DNA of 64,000 nucleotides from Patescibacteria group bacterium (GTDB lineage Bacteria; Patescibacteriota; Minisyncoccia; Phycocordibacterales; UBA9973): NCBI GenBank assembly GCA_040388095.1, contig JAZKCM010000001.1, positions 7,206 to 71,205 of the forward strand, read 5' to 3'. Shown piece by piece: positions 56,847 to 64,000 of this stretch (position 1 is its first letter; each line of letters starts with the position of its first letter). The notes under the pieces were generated by a model. It saw only the letters and a program-made list of their open reading frames with translations, ran no database searches and was not told where the DNA came from. The position numbers and the translations under genes were made by a program.

Positions 56847-57426
56847 AAATTCTTTTCCTCCACAAAAGAAACGTAATAGAGAAATTTACTAAAAATAAAT
56901 ACAAGGCGTAAATCCAATCTTTTTGATCTAAAGTGAACCATACGGTAACAGCAAGCATACTCAATATGCTTGCTGTTGTTTCAATAAGCCATGCATTCGG
57001 ATCTTCTTCTTCTGGTTTATAGAAAGATTTTTTAATTGTCGGTAAAAGTCCTATAAAATCAACAATTATGCTACCTAAAAATGCTATAAGTGGCGAATTA
57101 AAGATTATCCAACCAAGACATGAGACCAAAGCTCCTGCAAAACATATCTTATCTAATTTTGAAAAACCACTTCCCTCGCCATATTTTAACGATAGGATAG
57201 CAATAATCAATGGACCTAGGACATAGCTTCCTTGTATCCATAAATTTTCTCTAGCTCCTAAAATATAAGAACTCCAAATAATAATCGTTCCAACAAAAGT
57301 TAAGATCCACCAAGTAGACCGACTTGGTCGAGTTTCTTTTTTTAGAATTGAAAATATATAAACTAAATAAGCAAAAAATGATAGTGCTCCGGCAATAAAC
57401 CCAATGTGTTCAAAAATAAAATCCAT
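56830..57426 (-). CDS. hypothetical 6-TM membrane protein
   Basis: Intact ORF with six hydrophobic helices. Its 3' end overlaps the convergent SET gene by 17 nt. Confidence 0.5.
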   Translation of the reverse strand: MDFIFEHIGFIAGALSFFAYLVYIFSILKKETRPSRSTWWILTFVGTIIIWSSYILGARENLWIQGSYVLGPLIIAILSLKYGEGSGFSKLDKICFAGALVSCLGWIIFNSPLIAFLGSIIVDFIGLLPTIKKSFYKPEEEDPNAWLIETTASILSMLAVTVWFTLDQKDWIYALYLFLVNFSITFLLWRKRIFNQST

Positions 57427-57428
57427 AA

Positions 57429-57551
57429 TTACTCAGTTGATTCTGTTACAGGAAAATCTTTTAGAACGATATATTTATAATAAGTAAACGCAGTTGATAC
57501 TAAAATCAAGATTATAAACACGATAATTAATACTTTTGATTTTTTGTCCAT
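57429..57551 (-). CDS. possible small single-TM protein (40 aa)
   Basis: My translation is MDKKSKVLIIVFIILILVSTAFTYYKYIVLKDFPVTESTE*. The stop lies 2 nt before the next start. It is below the track's size cutoff. Confidence 0.3.
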   Translation of the reverse strand: MDKKSKVLIIVFIILILVSTAFTYYKYIVLKDFPVTESTE

Positions 57552-57568
57552 ATTTTATATATTACCAA

Positions 57569-57970
57569 TTAAATTAAATTTTCCAAAGGATATCGAGTTC
57601 CCCTTTTCACAAAATTATATTCAATATCTTCTAATTTAAAAATTTCAGTAAAATAATCAGTGATTATTTTTGTGTCCATTCCGGGCTTACAGGTATAAAC
57701 ATCAGCACTCACAAAACGACGTTTCGGGAAAGTATGTATTGATATATGACTCTCAGCGATAATGACAAAACCACTCCAGCCTCCTGGATCTTTTAATCCA
57801 TTATCTGGTGCAGACATTACCATTGGTTCTGAAAGTGTATGCATACCGAGTCTTTCCGGTAATTCACTAAGCGCTCTTAGTACTATATCTTTATTATCTA
57901 ATAATACAGGATCTCCTTTATATCCATCGATCATTGCATGTTCCCCAAATTGAATTGTTTCTGTGTTCAT
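57569..57970 (-). CDS. speH: S-adenosylmethionine decarboxylase proenzyme (pyruvoyl-dependent, SpeH type)
   Basis: VIIAESHISIHTFPKRRF contains the ES self-cleavage site and the HTFPE-like motif of class 1 AdoMetDC. At 133 aa it has the typical size. Confidence 0.8.
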   Translation of the reverse strand: MNTETIQFGEHAMIDGYKGDPVLLDNKDIVLRALSELPERLGMHTLSEPMVMSAPDNGLKDPGGWSGFVIIAESHISIHTFPKRRFVSADVYTCKPGMDTKIITDYFTEIFKLEDIEYNFVKRGTRYPLENLI

Positions 57971-57978
57971 AGAGTGAA

Positions 57979-58010
57979 TTGTAACATAAATTTTTAAATT
58001 TATGTTACAA
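57979..58010. promoter_or_regulatory. perfect 15-bp inverted repeat TTGTAACATAAATTT-tt-AAATTTATGTTACAA
   Basis: Read directly from the sequence. It fills most of the 44-bp gap between the candidate immunity gene stop and the speH start. Confidence 0.4.
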
Positions 58011-58014
58011 ACTA

Positions 58015-58578
58015 CTAACTATTATGTCTTTTAATAACTAAACCATTTTTAATTAATAATTCACTTTTATAATGCAACCCTGGCACACCATAATGATCAA
58101 ATTCATAAGTGTAAATAAGACATTCTGCGCAACTCGGTACTCCCTTTTCACTAGATTCAAAATTAGTCCCATCTTCTATTAAAGTTTGATCTTCGGAAAC
58201 TTCTTTAAGAGCAGTGAAAATATTAGCTAAATATACTGGATTAGTATCACCTTGGCATTCTTCTTCTTTTGAGATTTGAATCTCTTTTATTAGAGATATA
58301 GTATTTGAAATATTTGCTTGAATATTCACATAAGTTGGTCTCGTAATTACCAATTTCTTATCTATGTTTTCGGTTGGAATAAGAGTATGGTAACTAATAT
58401 CACCTTTACAATTTCTGAAAATTATATTGTCATTTATTTTAGTTAAATAACCTTCATAAAAAGAAAAATGATCAGATAAAGTAGGTTCATTTTTCTTTGT
58501 TCTTAGTGATAAAAAAGAAAGGCTAGAGACAAATCCAATCAAGACTATACATATTATTATTTTATTTATTAATTTCAT
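58015..58578 (-). CDS. hypothetical membrane-anchored/exported protein; candidate immunity protein for the upstream RHS toxin
   Basis: The ATG at 58578 lies 2 nt after the RHS stop (58581-58583). The N-terminal hydrophobic anchor is MKLINKIIICIVLIGFVSSLSFLSL. The protein contains 4 Cys residues and no recognisable family. Confidence 0.55.
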   Translation of the reverse strand: MKLINKIIICIVLIGFVSSLSFLSLRTKKNEPTLSDHFSFYEGYLTKINDNIIFRNCKGDISYHTLIPTENIDKKLVITRPTYVNIQANISNTISLIKEIQISKEEECQGDTNPVYLANIFTALKEVSEDQTLIEDGTNFESSEKGVPSCAECLIYTYEFDHYGVPGLHYKSELLIKNGLVIKRHNS

Positions 58579-58580
58579 TT

Positions 58581-61500
58581 CTATTTTTTATAAATACTAT
58601 TATATATTTCTGTATATCGACTTGGGTTACGAACATTTAAACCAGTATCAATATGTATAGGATCATAATTATCTTTAAAATCTCCTCCCCATCTTAAATT
58701 ATTACTATTTTGAATATTACTTATAAGATTTGAAACATTATCAGGAACATTTCCATTTTTGAAACAATTAAAATCACAAGAAATTCCTGTTGTATTATCA
58801 ATATAACTTACATCAATTGCTTGACCTATAAAATGATTAGAAAGTTTAGCTGGTGTAGCGACTGCTCCAGAAACAGAAATATTTGGATTTCTTAATCCGG
58901 AACTTTCGACTGAAATTGAAACATCATTATTTTCAGCATAACCATTAAGCTCCTTAAGCCCAGGCATGAAATCTGGGTGTACAGTAGCGGGTTTTCCAAT
59001 AAAATTACTTCCTTTATAATCTACCAACGTTGTTCCTTTATCGATATTTTTTTGTACCTGTAAATTATTTGTATTTCCCCCACCAAAAAAGTTACTCACT
59101 GAACTCACAACACTATTTATTGTATTACTTACAAAAGTATTAATAGAATCGACCGCTGTTTTTCCATCAGGATCTGTATATATTATAGGATTATTTCTTG
59201 CAAATGCATAGCTATTCATTTGTTGAGGATCTAAAAGATACTCTTTGGGTAAACTCCAAAACATTGGATCTTGGCTAACAAATCTACCGTAATTAGGATT
59301 ATAATATCGTGCACCCATATAATTTAACCCCGTATTATCTTTATAATGTCCACCAAATTGTTTGTGTTCAGAAAAATTTGTAGATTTGTTGTCGATTCGT
59401 AGATTTCCATAAGGAAAATAATCGAGAACTTGTTCTATGTTTCCAGTATTATCTGAAATAACAGAAGATGAAGAAACTTGATCTGAAATATTGTAATGAT
59501 ACGTATCAGTTAAATTAGTTACATCTTTTTCTATCGTTGCTATCAATAAATTTCCAGCATAAATGTATTTCATAACAACACTTCCATCATCTTCATAATA
59601 TTTATTTGGATAAACTTTTACATTTGAATTATTTATTTCGTAGACTCTATTTCCTGATTCATCATACAAATAAGAACTTACATTTGAAAGTGAAGAGATG
59701 TTAGATATTTCATTTCTATAATTCCATTTATACACATTTGAATAATCTTTTATCAGATTCCCGTTTTTATCATATTCATTTTGATTTTTTGTGGAATTAT
59801 TTAATCCTATGATTGCATTAGGATTTGCATAAGAGCTTGCTTGGTTACCTGTATAATTATAGACAATATTTCTTGTTTTACCTTTTAGGGTAAATACTAA
59901 ATCTAACAAATTTCCAATAGCATCATAGTTAAAAGTTTGAGCGTAATCTTCTACATTGGCTGTATTTACTGCAGAAGCTTGAGTAAGGCGATACAAATCA
60001 TCATATGAATAACTTATATTTTTAGCACTATTTGTATTTGAAATATCTGTGATATTTAATATATTTCCAACTATATCATAAGTATATGCCAGATTTTGCA
60101 AATATATTCCTTGAGGATTTATAACATTTTTGTTTATGAGTCTATACATCTGCGATGGATCAAAAGTGTTAGTATTAATTAATCCATTTCCGTAATTTAT
60201 AATAGAAGGAATTTTATTTGGACCATATTCTATATTGGAGATAAGTATTTTTGGATTATTGTTAATATCATAAAAAGTTACATTATTTATTAGTCCATTT
60301 TCATTTAAACCATATTCTGTACTAGAGTTATCAGGATATATTATTTTATTTAAAATACCTTGTAAATTATAGTTATTTTCTGTTATATAATTTTTATTAA
60401 TAATAAATTTATTTTCAATTTTTATATTTCCAAGAGAGTCATAAGTAAAATCTGTTTGAGATGAATTTGATCTTTTCACGGAACAAAGCATACCAACTCC
60501 ATTCAAACAATTATCGTATGTGTATATAATTTGATCTATATTTAGAGTTTTCTTAGTTGAAAAATCATCAACTTTTATTTTAGCAGATTGTGCATTAGAG
60601 TATTCTTTGATAATTCTATTTAATCGATCGTAACGATAGTTAATTATTCTTTGATTTGCATCAGTTACCTTGATTAGATTATTATTTGAATCATATTCGT
60701 ATTTCCAAACACCAAAAGTTGTATCGATTGGATTATGTAGATCTTCTGCTGATGTACGATTTCCTAAATTGTCGTACATAAAATTCCTTACATTTCCCAA
60801 TGCGTCTATTATTTTTATAAGATTATTATTTGAATCGTATTCATAATTTGTAGTATATACTTGCCCCTGATTATTTTCTTCCACATTTATCAAATTACCA
60901 TAAACATCAATTGTATTTGATTTACTATGTCCAAGTGGATCTATTGTAGTAGTTTTGAATCCATCATAGCTATTAGTGGTCACTCCTAAAATATTTGTTT
61001 TACTTACAATCCTAGAAAGAGAGTCGTAGACTGTATTAATCAGCAAATTGTTATCTATTGTCGGATTAGTTTTATTTGAATAATAATCAAAGTAAGGTAA
61101 CGACACTGACGAAACTCTTCCCATAGAATCATATAAAGTATCAGAAACAATATACTGATTTAGGTTCCCTGTGTATTCTCTTGTTTGTATATTTCTATTG
61201 AAACCATCAAAATATTGATATATTGTTTTTGATACTGTGGGAGAAAAATTATCTGTCTCTAAAATATAAATAGCATTCGGTATATCTCCATAAGAGAAAG
61301 TTTTTGAAATTACCAATGGATCAGAAGTAGAATTAGAATTCGGATCTGGGGTTTTTATGGTAATAATTCTACCAATACCATCATATAAGTATTGATTTTC
61401 AAAATTATTTTCATTAATAACTGAAAGTGGTTTACCTAATGCGTAATCATAAATAATATTATTTTCATGAGACAAAGCATCGGTTAATTTGATTGGGTAT

Positions 61501-64000
61501 ATATTATAAGAATCATATGTATATGTAGTTTTATTTTCCAATGAATCTGTTTCAGAAATTTTATTACCGAAACTATCATATTCATAAAGATTAATAACAT
61601 ACACATTATTTCTTTTCAAAATCTCTTTTTCTGTCTCTAATCCTTTAGATAAAATTCCTAAGGATGAATTATCATAATAATGTTTTACTTCCGAAAAAAT
61701 ATTCCCATTTTGATCTGTACCAATCTCTTTTGATGGTTTGTATATACCCGTACCATTTGTCGCATAATCAATAGTTGCAACTTTTTTATCTGTTCCTGTA
61801 TCTGTAAAATTAAGTGGATCATTTGCAATTACTTCACCGAAGTTTACAGTATTCAGCAAATTACCATTTACAATATCGTACGAACTCGAAGTAGCCGTGG
61901 CTTTTGTAGTACCAAAAAAAGTCTCATTTATCGTTTGGTTTGGATAAACAAAATATCTATCACCAGATACTGAAGCCAAATTTGTATCTTCCCATTTTGT
62001 TGTACTTCTTGTCAGAATATTATCAGCTGGATCAAATATATCTGTCCTATATATTTTCCCAACTTTTGAAAAATGATCATTATATTCATAATTACTTAAA
62101 TCACTGTCATTGCCTTGATTATAATAATCTATCTTCTTGCTTCCGTCAGGACGTGTAGTTTTTACTTTTTCAAAACCAGCAAATTTACGATTGTTATCAT
62201 CGACAGTATAAATATACTTTCCATTTATATATTCATAATTTGTAACAGATGAAATATTATTTACACTATCTGTATTTGTAACAGATGCGACCGTATTGAT
62301 AGTCTGATTATTTTCTCTCGGATTCGCATCTAAAATAATTTGTGGTTTATAGACAAAAGAAGATATCCCACCAGTCGGTAAAGTAATAGAAGAAAGTAAA
62401 TCAGTGGCCTTGCCATTATTTTTCCAAACACCATACCAAATATCTGCTGGAGATGGTGGTGTATTTGGATCTTCAATAAAAGTACTTTCAACCCAATCAG
62501 ACAAACCATCACCATCGACATCCAATATCACATCGTGTCGATGTTTTGCCACATAAGGGCGGTAATCATATAAATCAAGATTTCCATACAAGGCACCTTT
62601 ATTGTAAATACTAAATTCAGTATGCCACGGAGTTCCATTTGTAGTTTGAGCCCATCCATTTCCTGTATTTATAAAAACTGTATTATAAGTATTACCACCT
62701 GATATTATCCAGTCTGGTAAACCATCAGCATTTAAATCAAACAATGATCCTGAGTTTGAATTAAAATTACCCAAATAATAACTAAAACAACTAGAGCTTG
62801 TGCACGAAGGAGTCGGTGGTAACATTGTCCACGAAGTATCTTTTTCCCAACCGTGGCCGGTGTTGAGCCAAACATTATTAAATTCACCAATACCATTATA
62901 AGGATTTATATTGTCATAAACCGATGTCATCATCCAATCCGGTAAACCATCACCGTTTACATCAACCAAAGTTCCATTACGAAAATTATAAATATTTGAA
63001 TTATATATATTTCCAAAATACCCTAAAGTAGCATCATGGTATTGCAAAGTACCATATTGATCCTTGAGTTGAAAATAAGGCATATTCCAATTTAAATCTC
63101 TCACCCAACTATGACCATTATTGAGCCATACACCAGAATATTCCGCAAAAACTCCTGGTCCAGAGATGACAGTATCTTGTGTTTCCACCCAATCAGGTAA
63201 ATTATCACCATTTACATCCATTAATTGATTAACATCTGAACTTAAACTAGAGCTATAAGTAACTCCATTGATTATATGTGTTGGCATTAACCAATTGGAA
63301 TCTAAAACCCAACCATTCCCATTGTTTATATAAACAGCATAATGATCGTTACCTATATTATTATCTGTTGACTGAACGACATCTGGAAGACCATCATTAT
63401 TTACATCTATTAATTTTGCATTATAATGGAAAGCTGAATTTCCAATATCTGCAACTTCGCCGAATCTTAAATAAAAAGGATTACCTTGACTATATGAAGG
63501 TGCAGGCCAGATCCATGTCGGATCAAGCGTCCAACCATTTCCATTATTCAGCCAAACATCGCCATTCGAATATGTATTACTTTCAACCCAATCAGGAAGA
63601 CCGTCACCATTTACGTCAGCCAACAAAGTATAATGATACATATTGTGATCTAATCTATCCACAAGAAAAGGAGTTCCGTCAGATTGTTTTGGCATAGCAC
63701 TTGTCCATACAGAATCCTTAACCCAACCAGTCGGCGTCCCAAGCCAGATTCCGTTATAATTACCATCATCTATTGATGTTTCTACCCAATCTGGTAAACC
63801 ATCACCATTCACATCGATCAATTTATTACTTCGTTCAACATAAGAATTGTTATAACTAACAGTTTTACCTAAAACGCTGTATTGTGTTCCTGTACCACTT
63901 GTATGCGTCGGCATTGTCCACGATGAGTCCTGTGAAAATCCTCCACCATAATTTTGCCAAGAAAAAATAGTAGGTACTAATGTTGTTGCAGTACCCAAAT
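58581..64000 (-). CDS. giant RHS/YD-repeat polymorphic-toxin-like protein (TcB/TcC-like): FG-GAP-type propeller repeats + RHS shell + RHS core + C-terminal LAS/M15 peptidase-like domain; N-terminus outside window
   Basis: The reading frame is open to the window edge (the track's initial M is a TTG). Seven (L/I)xDVNGDGLPDW repeats are each paired with a WLNNGNGW motif. Dozens of YD repeats follow (e.g. YEYDSNNNLIKIIDALGN...YDNLGNR). The RHS core is GLNYMGARYYNPNYGRFVSQDP...NNPIIYTDPDGKT, followed by a 191-aa tail. Confidence 0.9.
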   Translation of the reverse strand, partial: LGTATTLVPTIFSWQNYGGGFSQDSSWTMPTHTSGTGTQYSVLGKTVSYNNSYVERSNKLIDVNGDGLPDWVETSIDDGNYNGIWLGTPTGWVKDSVWTSAMPKQSDGTPFLVDRLDHNMYHYTLLADVNGDGLPDWVESNTYSNGDVWLNNGNGWTLDPTWIWPAPSYSQGNPFYLRFGEVADIGNSAFHYNAKLIDVNNDGLPDVVQSTDNNIGNDHYAVYINNGNGWVLDSNWLMPTHIINGVTYSSSLSSDVNQLMDVNGDNLPDWVETQDTVISGPGVFAEYSGVWLNNGHSWVRDLNWNMPYFQLKDQYGTLQYHDATLGYFGNIYNSNIYNFRNGTLVDVNGDGLPDWMMTSVYDNINPYNGIGEFNNVWLNTGHGWEKDTSWTMLPPTPSCTSSSCFSYYLGNFNSNSGSLFDLNADGLPDWIISGGNTYNTVFINTGNGWAQTTNGTPWHTEFSIYNKGALYGNLDLYDYRPYVAKHRHDVILDVDGDGLSDWVESTFIEDPNTPPSPADIWYGVWKNNGKATDLLSSITLPTGGISSFVYKPQIILDANPRENNQTINTVASVTNTDSVNNISSVTNYEYINGKYIYTVDDNNRKFAGFEKVKTTRPDGSKKIDYYNQGNDSDLSNYEYNDHFSKVGKIYRTDIFDPADNILTRSTTKWEDTNLASVSGDRYFVYPNQTINETFFGTTKATATSSSYDIVNGNLLNTVNFGEVIANDPLNFTDTGTDKKVATIDYATNGTGIYKPSKEIGTDQNGNIFSEVKHYYDNSSLGILSKGLETEKEILKRNNVYVINLYEYDSFGNKISETDSLENKTTYTYDSYNIYPIKLTDALSHENNIIYDYALGKPLSVINENNFENQYLYDGIGRIITIKTPDPNSNSTSDPLVISKTFSYGDIPNAIYILETDNFSPTVSKTIYQYFDGFNRNIQTREYTGNLNQYIVSDTLYDSMGRVSSVSLPYFDYYSNKTNPTIDNNLLINTVYDSLSRIVSKTNILGVTTNSYDGFKTTTIDPLGHSKSNTIDVYGNLINVEENNQGQVYTTNYEYDSNNNLIKIIDALGNVRNFMYDNLGNRTSAEDLHNPIDTTFGVWKYEYDSNNNLIKVTDANQRIINYRYDRLNRIIKEYSNAQSAKIKVDDFSTKKTLNIDQIIYTYDNCLNGVGMLCSVKRSNSSQTDFTYDSLGNIKIENKFIINKNYITENNYNLQGILNKIIYPDNSSTEYGLNENGLINNVTFYDINNNPKILISNIEYGPNKIPSIINYGNGLINTNTFDPSQMYRLINKNVINPQGIYLQNLAYTYDIVGNILNITDISNTNSAKNISYSYDDLYRLTQASAVNTANVEDYAQTFNYDAIGNLLDLVFTLKGKTRNIVYNYTGNQASSYANPNAIIGLNNSTKNQNEYDKNGNLIKDYSNVYKWNYRNEISNISSLSNVSSYLYDESGNRVYEINNSNVKVYPNKYYEDDGSVVMKYIYAGNLLIATIEKDVTNLTDTYHYNISDQVSSSSVISDNTGNIEQVLDYFPYGNLRIDNKSTNFSEHKQFGGHYKDNTGLNYMGARYYNPNYGRFVSQDPMFWSLPKEYLLDPQQMNSYAFARNNPIIYTDPDGKTAVDSINTFVSNTINSVVSSVSNFFGGGNTNNLQVQKNIDKGTTLVDYKGSNFIGKPATVHPDFMPGLKELNGYAENNDVSISVESSGLRNPNISVSGAVATPAKLSNHFIGQAIDVSYIDNTTGISCDFNCFKNGNVPDNVSNLISNIQNSNNLRWGGDFKDNYDPIHIDTGLNVRNPSRYTEIYNSIYKK
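58584..59156 (-). other. C-terminal effector domain with LAS (M15/VanY/Hedgehog-type) zinc-peptidase motifs
   Basis: SNHFIGQAIDV (H-x5-D, as in SxHxxGxAxD) and LRWGGDFKDNYDPIHID (WGG...DxxH). Confidence 0.65.
59157..59411 (-). other. RHS repeat-associated core domain ending in the DPxG autoproteolysis-type motif
   Basis: FGGHYKDNTGLNYMGARYYNPNYGRFVSQDPMF...YAFARNNPIIYTDPDGKT. The codons for DPDGKT lie at 59174-59157. Confidence 0.85.
62440..64000 (-). repeat. protein-level repeat region: seven ~65-80 aa FG-GAP/VCBS-like blades
   Basis: The motifs are IDVNGDGLPDWVETS, ADVNGDGLPDWVESN, IDVNNDGLPDVVQST, MDVNGDNLPDWVETQ, VDVNGDGLPDWMMTS, FDLNADGLPDWIISG and LDVDGDGLSDWVEST. Confidence 0.8.

Noticed and set aside
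61940-63697. Plus-strand ORFs (72 aa and 139 aa) inside the RHS gene
   Set aside because: They are antisense to a continuous 1805-codon frame with strong repeat motifs. Their Y/H/L/N-rich translations are shadows of the YD/N-rich sense frame.
1-64000. Alternative genetic code (UGA recoding, as in some candidate phyla)
   Set aside because: All conserved genes (leuS 997 aa, dnaK, rpoA, the 1805-codon RHS frame) are uninterrupted under the standard code.
53644-64000. Treating the right-end accessory region as a mobile genomic island
   Set aside because: No integrase, transposase, tRNA attachment site or flanking direct repeats are visible within the window. The composition looks similar to the rest of the window by eye.

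Overview
This is an AT-rich (roughly one-third G+C by eye), very gene-dense 64 kb chromosomal window. I call about 75 CDSs on both strands. I found no tRNA, rRNA, CRISPR array, transposase or integrase. Long ORFs are intact under the standard code, so there is no sign of UGA recoding.

Most of the window is housekeeping:
- Six aminoacyl-tRNA synthetases: leuS, alaS, gltX, aspS, trpS, cysS.
- A ribosomal/RNAP cluster (infA-rpmJ-rpsM-rpsK-rpsD-rpoA-rplQ-rplM-rpsI), plus rplI, rpmA and rplU.
- A rearranged chaperone locus: grpE, a divergent wHTH regulator, dnaK, a VirD4-like ATPase, dnaJ.
- Envelope genes: murJ, mrdA, ctp, an M23 peptidase, and dac-mraY-ftsW-murG.
- Chromosome genes: scpAB, dnaB, recR.

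Several features suggest, by inference only, a streamlined bacterium of the CPR/Patescibacteria type:
- Many proteins are domain-minimised: AspRS has no GAD insertion, AlaRS is 596 aa with no C-Ala domain, and DnaJ is 285 aa.
- Shine-Dalgarno motifs are mostly absent, and some promoters sit directly against start codons.
- Small hypothetical membrane proteins are common.

The most unusual content is listed below:
1. At the right end, a giant (>1800 aa, N-terminus outside the window) protein with an FG-GAP-like propeller and RHS/YD repeats. Its post-cleavage C-terminal domain carries LAS/M15 zinc-peptidase (peptidoglycan hydrolase) motifs. A tightly coupled, membrane-anchored candidate immunity gene follows it.
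2. A LeuRS carrying a perfect Nudix box in a ~145 aa insertion.
3. Two small SET-domain methyltransferases.
4. A YjjX-NTPase/FlaR-like P-loop fusion.
5. A CorA whose GMN signature reads MMN.
6. A VirD4/TraD-like ATPase with a CxxC-x17-CxxC ribbon, located between dnaK and dnaJ.
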